DNA from: Acidobacteriota bacterium | GTDB taxonomy: Bacteria; Acidobacteriota; UBA6911 | Reading direction: 5' to 3' | NCBI GenBank assembly: GCA_963664705.1 | Contig: OY761556.1 | Coordinates: 2,816,001-2,880,000 of the forward strand | Length of the DNA stretch: 64,000 bases | Shown: in pieces, positions 10,866 through 19,483 of the stretch | Layout of the letters: every line of letters starts with the position of its first letter | How positions within the stretch are numbered: position 1 is the stretch's first letter | Made by a program: the position numbers and the translations under genes | Notes under the pieces: model-generated | Databases searched by the model: none | Seen by the model: only the letters and a program-made list of their open reading frames with translations | Told to the model about the DNA's origin: nothing

Positions 10866-12224
10866 ATGAATACTGGCGTTTCCGTGGGAATATTGCTGCT
10901 TATCTTGTCAGGAATCACATGTGTCGCAGGCGAACAAAACTCCCCAGCCTCGACTTCAAATCAGACGACCTCGGCAATCGATCAGCTCCGAGCCGAGGTT
11001 GCGCAAATGAAGGCTCAATACGAAAGCCGCATCAAGGATCTGGAAACGAAACTTGAAGAGCTTCAGGCGGAGATGCTGCGCAATGCGCCGGAAACCGGGC
11101 TGCCGCCGACGCCATCTCCGGTATCTGCCTCAGTCCCGGCCAGTGCGGGCGCTATGAATCCAGCAATTTCCGTGGTCGGCAACCTGGTCGGGCGGGCTGA
11201 TTCCCAAAAGGCCTATACCGATGCGGGTCGTCGAATAGATAACAAGCTGCTCCTGCGTGAAGCCGAAATTGACATGCGCGTACCCATCGATCCATTTGCC
11301 GACGGAGTGCTGATAACATCTCTCGAGTCAGAAACCCCCGCCGATTTCTCCGTCGGGATTGAAGAGGGTTATGTGAATATCAAGAAATTTCCATTTCTTG
11401 ACCACCAGCCGCTGGGACTGAAACTCAAGGCTGGTCGATTCCGTCCTCTCTTCGGCAACATCAATGTCCTGCACACACATGACTTGCCGCAGACATTTCG
11501 CCCTCTCCCGGTGCAGGAATTCCTGGGGCCCGAGGGATTTGTTGCAGATGGACTCTCGACCAACATCTTTCTTCCAACGCCGGGGAAAAACGCCAACCTG
11601 GACTTTACCTTTGATGTCCTGAGTGGCGGAAATATCTCTGCTTCGCCAAGCACCGACAGTCGAATGGCCTATCTCGGCCACTTTCGCTATTACAGCACTT
11701 TCGCGGATACACACGATCTGCAGTTGGGATGGTCCAGCTACTTCCACCCGCAAGGAAATGGTATCCGAGAAGCCGACATTCATGACGTTGATTTCACCTA
11801 CCGCTGGAAGCCGCGGCGGATGGGTGAATGGAAATCCTTTGTTTTGGGCGGCGAGTTCATGTTTGGACGCCGCGCGTTTCCGGAAGCCTACGAAACACCG
11901 GATGTGGCAAGAGCCCTGGAGGGAAGGCAACCCGGAGAGGGAAAGCCGCTGGGTTATTACCTGTTTACGCAATGGCAGTTCAACAAGCGAACCTACGCGG
12001 GCATCCGCTGGGATAAGACCGATGTCCTTTTTGACCCGTCTTTGGAGCGGAAAAGCATCACTCCATCCTTTTCCTATTATTTCAGCGAGTTTCTGAGATT
12101 CCGTCTCAATTTTGAGCATCGCTGGAGCGACCTGCCATCGGAAAACAGACGGAATTCGGTTTTCGCTGAACTCAATTTCGTCTTTGGATCGCATCCACCC
12201 GAACCATTCTGGGTCAACAAATAG
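10866..12224 (+). CDS. Outer-membrane beta-barrel associated with metal uptake (often annotated zinc-regulated OM receptor)
   Basis: Signal peptide, coiled coil, NPAISVVG, EAEI...IDPF, KAGRF..FG.IN.LHTHD, SEF.RFR, C-terminal GSHP. Confidence 0.75.
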   Translation: MNTGVSVGILLLILSGITCVAGEQNSPASTSNQTTSAIDQLRAEVAQMKAQYESRIKDLETKLEELQAEMLRNAPETGLPPTPSPVSASVPASAGAMNPAISVVGNLVGRADSQKAYTDAGRRIDNKLLLREAEIDMRVPIDPFADGVLITSLESETPADFSVGIEEGYVNIKKFPFLDHQPLGLKLKAGRFRPLFGNINVLHTHDLPQTFRPLPVQEFLGPEGFVADGLSTNIFLPTPGKNANLDFTFDVLSGGNISASPSTDSRMAYLGHFRYYSTFADTHDLQLGWSSYFHPQGNGIREADIHDVDFTYRWKPRRMGEWKSFVLGGEFMFGRRAFPEAYETPDVARALEGRQPGEGKPLGYYLFTQWQFNKRTYAGIRWDKTDVLFDPSLERKSITPSFSYYFSEFLRFRLNFEHRWSDLPSENRRNSVFAELNFVFGSHPPEPFWVNK

Positions 12225-12243
12225 GCTGCCAAGGAGACCGCAC

Positions 12244-13284
12244 ATGAAGCTCTATAAATTTGCCTTAGGTTTACTGGCGCTTGCCCTGGCTACGCCGGGC
12301 CTGCTCGCTCAACAGAAAAAATTGCAGGTCGTGTGTACATTGCCAACGCTGAAAGCGCTGCTCCAGGAGGTCGGAGGGGACAGGATCGATGCATTTGCAT
12401 TGGCCAAAGGAGACCAGGATCCGCATTTCGTAACCCCGACTCCGGTGCTGATGCGAAAAACCCGTGAAGCGGATTTGTTCATTGAGAATGGATTCTCGCT
12501 CGAGCTTTGGGCTAACGAGGTGGCGAACGGATCCGGCAACTCAAAAATATTTCAGGGTACACCGGGACGCGTAATTGCAGGATCCGGCATTCCGGCGCTG
12601 GAAATACCGGCAGTTCTCACCCGCGAACTGGGAGATATTCATCCGCAGGGCAACCCTCACGTCTGGCTTGATCCGCTCCTGGCCAAGCTGGAAGCGGGCA
12701 ATATCTGCGAGGCCCTGAAGCGCGCGGATCCATCCAACGCGGATTTCTATGCATCGAGACTCGCTGATTTCAACAAGAGGATTGACGTTGCCCTTTTTGG
12801 TCCGGATCTGGTCAAAATACTCGGCACCCAGAAACTGACACGCTTGACCTGGAGTGGTGAACTGCAAAGCTTCCTCGAATCTAATAAGCTCAACGGCAAG
12901 CCATTGTCCGAATTAACCGGGGGTTGGATGAAACAGGCTGCCGCATTGCGCGGTATCAAAGCCGTGGAATTTCACAAAGTATGGGTCTATTTCGCGCGCG
13001 TCTTTGGAATGCAATTGATGGGCACCATCGAGGAACGTCCCGGAATTCCCCCGGGACCGCAGCATGTCCGGCAGGTGGTGGATATGGTGCGCACACAAAA
13101 AATCCCATTGATCATGGTAGACAACTTTTATGATCCAGCCCTCCCCAATAGCATTGCGCGCCAGACCGGCGCCAGTGTGGTTATTCTCCCCAACCAGGTC
13201 GAGGGGGATCCGGGAATCAAAACCTATTTTGATCTGATCGATCATCTGGTTCGTGAGTTGACCGCGGCTTTGAAAAAGAACTGA
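12244..13284 (+). CDS. Transition-metal ABC substrate-binding protein (ZnuA/TroA family)
   Basis: QDPH, ADLFIENG..LE, DIHPQGNPHVWLDP, FH, PGIPP; AGGAG SD before ATG 12244. Confidence 0.92.
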   Translation: MKLYKFALGLLALALATPGLLAQQKKLQVVCTLPTLKALLQEVGGDRIDAFALAKGDQDPHFVTPTPVLMRKTREADLFIENGFSLELWANEVANGSGNSKIFQGTPGRVIAGSGIPALEIPAVLTRELGDIHPQGNPHVWLDPLLAKLEAGNICEALKRADPSNADFYASRLADFNKRIDVALFGPDLVKILGTQKLTRLTWSGELQSFLESNKLNGKPLSELTGGWMKQAAALRGIKAVEFHKVWVYFARVFGMQLMGTIEERPGIPPGPQHVRQVVDMVRTQKIPLIMVDNFYDPALPNSIARQTGASVVILPNQVEGDPGIKTYFDLIDHLVRELTAALKKN

Positions 13285-13287
13285 AGC

Positions 13288-13335
13288 CACGGAAGACACA
13301 AGTACATGCGGTGCCGTTTACTTGTGTCTTCCGTG
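13288..13335. repeat. Perfect 17-bp inverted repeat between binding-protein and permease genes
   Basis: CACGGAAGACACAAGTA / TACTTGTGTCTTCCGTG. Confidence 0.9.
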
Positions 13336-13350
13336 CCCACGAGGCTGAAT

Positions 13351-14802
13351 ATGCATAACCATTTGCTGCACGTGTTGATGGAACTGAAGTGGATGCTGAT
13401 TCCATTCCTCGCTTGTCTGGTCCTTTCCATTAACCACGTGTACCTGGGCATCCATGTCATAGCTCGAAAAGTGATTTTTGTGGATCTGGCTCTTGCGCAG
13501 ATTGCCGCACTGGGAGCCACCTACGCTCTGACGCTTGGCTACGATCCGAATGCCGATTCATTCAAAGTGTCCCTTTTCTCACTTGCATTTACATTTGTCG
13601 GAGCAGGCGCTTTTGCCATCGCACGGATGCGCAAGGAAAGGATCCCGCAGGAAGCCTTTATCGGAATCATCTATGCCGCCGCATCGGCGGCAGCCATCCT
13701 GATTCTGTCGAAATCAGCCAGCGGAGGCGAAGAACTCAAGCACATGCTTGTCGGGGACGTGCTCCTGGTATCGATGCCGAATGTCATCCACATGGCACTC
13801 CTGTATGGGTCGATAGGAATCTTCCACCTGATTTTTCGAAAAAAATTCCTGGCCATTTCAATGGATCCGGAAGGAGCAGAAAACTCCGGAATGAACGTCC
13901 GGTTCTGGGACATTCTCTTCTATATGTCCTTTGGACTTGTTATCACCAAATCCGTTGCGATTGTGGGCGTCCTGCTTGTTTTCTCCTACCTGGTCGTACC
14001 CGCGGTCATCGCGCATATGTGGGCGGACACCATACGCGGACGGCTGCTCCTCGGCTGGGCAATTGCCATCCTTGCAAGCACGCTTGGCATAGTCTGGTCC
14101 TTTTATGCAGACTATCCGACCGGCCCCGCGGTTGTAGTAACTCTTGGAATTTTCCTGATTGCCTCCAGCATCGCGTATTACATCGGCAACGCCGAAGCCA
14201 GGCTCCGGGCGCTAGCGGTGGTTTCCGGCCTCATTCTGTTTGGAATTATCTTTATAGGAGGGCTGGACCACTTCAAAAAAGTGGAAGCCGGGACACCGCC
14301 AGCCAAAATCGATATCGTGGACATGTTCTTGAAGGAACTGGCGGACGACAACCAGTCTACTCAATTGGATGGCGTGAAGCATCTCCAGGAAATGAATGAT
14401 TCCAGGATTGTGCCGGCGCTGGATTCGCTGCTTGTGCGCAGCACATCCGATGAGGTGGTGGAAGCGGTTGTCTCCGCAATGAGTAAACAAAAGGATCCTC
14501 GCGCCATTCCTGCCCTGCGGAAAGCAGCCGCAGGCATTTATGATTTCTTTTTAAAGCTGACTATTGCGGAAGCACAGCTGAATGTTGGCGATCCAGAGGG
14601 TTATGCTACCCTCATCAGCATCATGAAGGAAGATGATGCCGGCTATGCCCGGCATCAAGCCAGTGATTTGTTCGAAAAGCGATCCGGACGAAAGTTCGGA
14701 TACAGTCCGGACCTCCCGGTAGCCGCGAATGGTACCCCCCTGGCGCAGATGGCCGAGTGGTACTCCACAACCGGCCGTCACACAAAGCTGCCGGCAAAAT
14801 AA
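13351..14802 (+). CDS. Metal ABC permease (ZnuB/ABC-3 type) fused to a C-terminal HEAT-repeat domain
   Basis: YLGIHVIARKVIFVDLALAQIAALG, EAFIGIIY, GVLLVFSYLVVPA, DYPTGP; then HEAT-like DSRIVPAL and DPRAIPAL. Start uncertain (13306, 13351 or 13378). Confidence 0.85.
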   Translation: MHNHLLHVLMELKWMLIPFLACLVLSINHVYLGIHVIARKVIFVDLALAQIAALGATYALTLGYDPNADSFKVSLFSLAFTFVGAGAFAIARMRKERIPQEAFIGIIYAAASAAAILILSKSASGGEELKHMLVGDVLLVSMPNVIHMALLYGSIGIFHLIFRKKFLAISMDPEGAENSGMNVRFWDILFYMSFGLVITKSVAIVGVLLVFSYLVVPAVIAHMWADTIRGRLLLGWAIAILASTLGIVWSFYADYPTGPAVVVTLGIFLIASSIAYYIGNAEARLRALAVVSGLILFGIIFIGGLDHFKKVEAGTPPAKIDIVDMFLKELADDNQSTQLDGVKHLQEMNDSRIVPALDSLLVRSTSDEVVEAVVSAMSKQKDPRAIPALRKAAAGIYDFFLKLTIAEAQLNVGDPEGYATLISIMKEDDAGYARHQASDLFEKRSGRKFGYSPDLPVAANGTPLAQMAEWYSTTGRHTKLPAK

Positions 14803-14958
14803 AAAGGCTGCAACCCGCAAGCTGAAATTTGCTTGGATGGACGCTCCCCTCCCCATAGTATATTGGGCATGGATGCCCATCATTCGGGCTCCAGGCTAGA
14901 AAAAAACGCCAGCAGCCACGACATAGTGACCGGAAACCTAATCTTTAAGGAGTGGGGT

Positions 14959-16083
14959 ATGCGAAGATCAATCCCAATCGCGATATCTCTTGCACTTTTG
15001 TTCTTGCCGTCGGTTTTGCCTTCACAGACACCCTGGGCGGATCTGAGCGCCCCGCCCACCGGAACTGCCGCGCCTGGGGATGTATTGTCTGCAGGCCACC
15101 TTGGCCGTGAAATAGGAAATGTGGAGCTGATGATCCACTTTTATCACGATCTTCTCGGCTTGAAGTTGATGGGGGCGCGCAGCCAGCCCAGGCCTTTCGG
15201 ATCCAAGGAAACCGGTCCTGCGCTTCTGGAATTTGTCCAGCTTGGCGAGGGAGTTCCAAATCCCATGGAGGCAAGGAATCGTGCGGTGATATTACCGATA
15301 CCGGGAACAGCCCCTCAGGGGGGCAACGATATGACCGTTGAAGCAATCGAGATAAAGAATATTGCCTCGCAGCCATACAAGCCTTCTCTCAAAGATCCCG
15401 GGTCGTCCCGCCTGATTCTCTTTGTTCGAAATCTGGATAAAACCCTTTCCAATCTCAAAGATGAACTCGTTCCCGTTATTACAGCGGGAGGGTCGCCAGT
15501 GGTCTTGTCCAGTCATCCAGGAATTACCGGAACAATACGTGCAGTCATGGTGTGCGATCCGGACGGCTACCCCGTCCAACTCACCGAAATAACCCCCGCC
15601 CCGCAAACCGCTGCACCGGCCGACAGCAACATCCTGGGCGCCAGGGTTGTTATGGTTACTGCAGACCTCGAAACAACGTGCCGCTGGTTTCAAAACCTGG
15701 TGGGCTCGGACCTGCGATTCTGGATGAGCCCCACGCTCATCGGGGACAAATCCGATGAAGATCTAACGGGCATTCCAGGCAAATACCGGATGGCAGCGGC
15801 TCTGATACCCGGATCGCCCGTTGTGATGGAATTCCTTCAGTATGAAAATACTCCTAAGAAATTCGTTCGTCCTCACATCCAGGATCCCGGAACAGCGCAT
15901 ATCCTGTTCATGGCCAAAGACGATGACGTAATCATACAGCGGGTACGGGCAGCTCGAATACAGACGCTCAGTGCGACCGGTGGCCCGGTTTTTATCGGCC
16001 CCGTTACGCGTTCTTTTTTCATTCCCAACCCGGACGGTTTCTGGGCAGAATTCATGGATCACAACGTCAAAAAACGACCCTAA
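14959..16083 (+). CDS. Exported two-domain VOC (glyoxalase-like) protein
   Basis: Signal peptide after AAGGAG SD; HLG...FYHDLLG, DPG, CDPDGYPVQL, NPDGFWAEF. Confidence 0.75.
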   Translation: MRRSIPIAISLALLFLPSVLPSQTPWADLSAPPTGTAAPGDVLSAGHLGREIGNVELMIHFYHDLLGLKLMGARSQPRPFGSKETGPALLEFVQLGEGVPNPMEARNRAVILPIPGTAPQGGNDMTVEAIEIKNIASQPYKPSLKDPGSSRLILFVRNLDKTLSNLKDELVPVITAGGSPVVLSSHPGITGTIRAVMVCDPDGYPVQLTEITPAPQTAAPADSNILGARVVMVTADLETTCRWFQNLVGSDLRFWMSPTLIGDKSDEDLTGIPGKYRMAAALIPGSPVVMEFLQYENTPKKFVRPHIQDPGTAHILFMAKDDDVIIQRVRAARIQTLSATGGPVFIGPVTRSFFIPNPDGFWAEFMDHNVKKRP

Positions 16084-16111
16084 AGGCATCTGAAAGGCCA
16101 AAACTCCTCTC

Positions 16112-16185
16112 AAACGCCACGAATTTCGCAAAATTGACGAATTCCCGCCCGAAGCGGTCCAGAATTCGTGAAATTCGTGGCGTTT
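16112..16185. repeat. Nonamer-based inverted repeat (CGCCACGAATTTC...GAAATTCGTGGCG) followed by a T-run; REP/terminator-like
   Basis: Related copies at 27350-27394, 30436-30510 and 33164-33207. Confidence 0.8.
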
Positions 16186-16241
16186 TTTCTTCTTCCCCTG
16201 CCGATAAGCATTCCTGAAAGCAAATTTTAGGGAAGGGTTTC

Positions 16242-17084
16242 ATGCCGGAAGCCGCGGCGTTGCTTAATCGTATTACGGATTTGATCGATTCAGGAAAACT
16301 GATCCTGCCTGTTTTCGATCCGATTACGCTTAAGCTGCAAGAAGTGATCGCCAATGGCTCTGAAGACCTTAAAGAGCTCGAAGAGCTGATCTTAAGCGAT
16401 CAGGTATTGGCAGCGGAAGTCCTCCGATCAGCCAATTCTCCCTTTTATTGCGGGCTCTCCCCCGTCAAAACGATTCGGAATGCGATCGTGCGACTTGGCA
16501 CACACCAAATGAGGCGACTGGTTATCCTGGTTTCAGAGCGGAACAAATACAAAGCCAGGAACCGGACACTGCAGACCATGATGCACGACCTCTGGAGGCA
16601 TGCGAGCACAACCGCTCTTGCAGCCCAGTGGATATCCAAACGTGTCCGGTCGACCGGAATTGAAGAAATCTGCTTTCTGGGAGGCCTCTTGCATGACATC
16701 GGGAAGCTGGTCATCCTGCACGGCGTGGACGAACTTGCACGCACGGAGGCCGGGAATATCGAGACGTTGCAGGAACCGCTTCGAGAGGTCCTGCTGGCGG
16801 CCCATTGCCAGATCGGATATCAGCTTCTCAAGAACTGGAACGCACCCGAAATCTACTGTCAGATTGCCAGAGACCATCATACCGATGATTTGGCCTCGTG
16901 GGATCTGCCATTGACCATTGTCCGTCTGGCAAATAATGGAAGCCGGAAGCTGGGACTTGGGCTCGACCCGAATCCGGCCCTGGACTTGGGCACCACGCAG
17001 GAAGCCTCGGCGCTCCGAATAGGCGAGGACCTTCTGTCTGAGTTGGAATCCATGATGGAAGATCATCTTTCCATCGCGGCCTAG
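16242..17084 (+). CDS. HDOD domain protein
   Basis: LPVF, DQVLAAEVLRSANSPFY, AIVRLG, GLLHDIGKL and H..IG.....W..P motifs. Confidence 0.92.
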   Translation: MPEAAALLNRITDLIDSGKLILPVFDPITLKLQEVIANGSEDLKELEELILSDQVLAAEVLRSANSPFYCGLSPVKTIRNAIVRLGTHQMRRLVILVSERNKYKARNRTLQTMMHDLWRHASTTALAAQWISKRVRSTGIEEICFLGGLLHDIGKLVILHGVDELARTEAGNIETLQEPLREVLLAAHCQIGYQLLKNWNAPEIYCQIARDHHTDDLASWDLPLTIVRLANNGSRKLGLGLDPNPALDLGTTQEASALRIGEDLLSELESMMEDHLSIAA

Positions 17085-17321
17085 CCATACCAAGGCAGGA
17101 GCAGCCGGTAAGCAATTGCTTTTTTAGGGTTTTGGTACGGAAATGGGTAATTGAAATTCGCCGTACAGCCGAAAAGTCGCTCATGCCATTTAATGGGTGG
17201 AGGACTTGACGCTGATGCCGGAGGTCCATTGCTTCCGTAATCAATGGAGTACCCGCAGGCCCAAAACTATTTCGGGAAGCTGATAGTGACCAGGATGTAA
17301 GTAGAAGAGCGAGGAATTTTC

Positions 17322-19454
17322 ATGAGCTTAGGCCCGGATTCTCTGCTGGTTGTGGACGATGACCCCATGAATCGCGACCTGATGGTCCGATACTTGTCCA
17401 AGCGCGGCTTCCAAGCGCTGCCAATGATCAGCTCCAGCAGCGCTCTCGAGTTTGTCAAATCCCATCCGGTCGACCTGATGCTGCTCGACATTGAAATGCC
17501 GGGCATGAATGGCCTGGATCTTCTACGACTGCTTCGGAAAACACACACTCCATCGCAGCTCCCCATCATCATGGTTACCGGGAGATCCAACAGCGATGAT
17601 GCGGTAACCGCACTGGGAGCCGGAGCCAACGATTACGTTACCAAGCCGATAGACTTTCCCGTCATCCTTGCCCGCATTCAGACGCAGCTTTCGCGGAAAC
17701 ACGCGGAGGAAGCCCTGCGCGAAAGCCAGGAGCGTTATGCACTGGCGGCTCGCGGAGCGAACGATGGGTTGTGGGATTGGGACATCGCCCCAGACAAGAT
17801 GTATTTCTCGCCGCGCTGGAAATCGATGCTCGGTTGGGAAGAGCACGAAATCAGCGACCATCCGGACGAGTGGTTTTCCCGCATCCATCCGGATGACATC
17901 GAAAGAGTGCAATCCGACATCAAAGCGCATCTGGAGGAATCGACGCCCCACTATGAGAACGAGTACAGAATGCTGCACCGGGACGGCAACTATCTCTGGA
18001 TGCTGGGCCGGGGCCTTGCAGTGCGCGACCGCGCCGGTAAAGCCTACCGGATGGCGGGATCTCAGACAGACATCACCCGAGGGAAAGTTGTAGACATCCT
18101 GACGGGACTGCCGAATCGTGTTCTGTTCATGGATCGGCTGCGGCGGGCCTTCGAGCGCGCAAGGAGACGCAAGGATAAGACCATCGCTTTGCTTTTCCTC
18201 GATCTGGACAGCTTCAAGCTTGTCAACGACAGCCTGGGGCACATGATTGGAGATCAGTTCCTCGTGGCTATCGCGGGACGTCTCGAGGCAACGCTTCGAG
18301 CCAGCGATTCAGTGGCACGGTTTGGCCGGAACCACACCATCGCCAGGTTGGGTGGAGATGAATTCACAATCCTCCTGGATGATATTTCCTGTGCCCATGA
18401 TGCGGCGCGCGTAGCCGAACGTATCTCCATTGATCTCGCAAAACCATTCGCCGTAGGCGGACAGGAACTTTTTCCCAGCGCCAGCATCGGAATTGCCCTG
18501 TATAACACTTCGTACCAGGCACCGGAGGAATTGTTGCGCGATGCCGATACTGCAATGTACAGTGCCAAAGCCCTTGGAAAAGGCCGCTTTGAAATTTTTG
18601 ATGCCAACATGCGGGCCAATACCATCGCGCGCCTTCAGCTCGAAACAGAATTCAGGCGGGCTATTGAAAACAACGAATTTGAGAACTACTACCAGGCTAT
18701 TGTCTCGCTGGAAACGGGAAGAATTCTCGGATTTGAAACTCTGGTCCGCTGGAAACACTCCGGACGCGGCATTGTCTCTCCGGCTGAGTTTATGGAGGTC
18801 GCAGAGGAGACGGGACTGATTGTTCCGCTCAGCAAATGGGTACTCCAGAACGCTTGCCAGCAGATGCGCTTCTGGCAGACGCGCTTCCTGGATAATCCGC
18901 CTTTGATGATCAGCATCAACCTTTCAGCGCGGCATTTCCTGCAGTCGGATCTCGTCCAGCAGTGCCGCGCCGTTCTGTATGAAACACAGCTTTCACACAG
19001 CAGCCTGAACATTGAAGTGACTGAAAGCGCCATGATGCAGAATCCGGAATCGGCCATCGAGCTCATGAATCAGTTGAAAACCATTGGCGTTCAGATTGCG
19101 CTGGATGATTTTGGAACCGGCTATTCTTCCCTGAGCTTTCTGCACCGGTTCCCGCTCGACTCTTTGAAAATTGATCGCGCCTTCATTACGCGGATTGCGG
19201 AAGAAGATGAAATTGTGCGCACGATTCTCACTCTCGGTCGAAACATGGGATTGAAAGTGGTCGCGGAGGGTGTGGAAACGGCGGAACAGGCGGATAAACT
19301 TCTCGAGCTCGGTTGCCAATATGCGCAGGGATTTTATTTCTGCGTACCTGTCAATGCCCAGGAAGCAACCGACCTGCTGGCCGCACAGCATCCCTGGCCG
19401 GGCAAACACATTGAGCCTCTTGTCAGCGCCGCCCCCCTGCGCCTCGTCCGATAA
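17322..19454 (+). CDS. Response regulator REC-PAS-GGDEF-EAL (diguanylate cyclase/phosphodiesterase)
   Basis: VVDDD, LLDIEMP, KP; GANDGLWDW PAS; DLDSFKLVND, RLGGDEF; ETL, DDFGTGYSS, LKIDR, AEGVE, QG. Confidence 0.95.
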   Translation: MSLGPDSLLVVDDDPMNRDLMVRYLSKRGFQALPMISSSSALEFVKSHPVDLMLLDIEMPGMNGLDLLRLLRKTHTPSQLPIIMVTGRSNSDDAVTALGAGANDYVTKPIDFPVILARIQTQLSRKHAEEALRESQERYALAARGANDGLWDWDIAPDKMYFSPRWKSMLGWEEHEISDHPDEWFSRIHPDDIERVQSDIKAHLEESTPHYENEYRMLHRDGNYLWMLGRGLAVRDRAGKAYRMAGSQTDITRGKVVDILTGLPNRVLFMDRLRRAFERARRRKDKTIALLFLDLDSFKLVNDSLGHMIGDQFLVAIAGRLEATLRASDSVARFGRNHTIARLGGDEFTILLDDISCAHDAARVAERISIDLAKPFAVGGQELFPSASIGIALYNTSYQAPEELLRDADTAMYSAKALGKGRFEIFDANMRANTIARLQLETEFRRAIENNEFENYYQAIVSLETGRILGFETLVRWKHSGRGIVSPAEFMEVAEETGLIVPLSKWVLQNACQQMRFWQTRFLDNPPLMISINLSARHFLQSDLVQQCRAVLYETQLSHSSLNIEVTESAMMQNPESAIELMNQLKTIGVQIALDDFGTGYSSLSFLHRFPLDSLKIDRAFITRIAEEDEIVRTILTLGRNMGLKVVAEGVETAEQADKLLELGCQYAQGFYFCVPVNAQEATDLLAAQHPWPGKHIEPLVSAAPLRLVR

Positions 19455-19483
19455 GTCGGGCAAATAATCAGTTCAGGGGCAGA

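Noticed and set aside
11328-12245. 305-aa minus-strand ORF
   Set aside because: Antisense to the OM-barrel gene with no protein-like motifs; the same applies to 20087-21139, 28379-29515, 36589-37587, 43635-44441, 59245-60045 and 62183-63073.
17085-17321. Possible c-di-GMP riboswitch upstream of the GGDEF-EAL gene
   Set aside because: I could not find the conserved class I or class II sequence elements by eye; an Rfam scan would be decisive.
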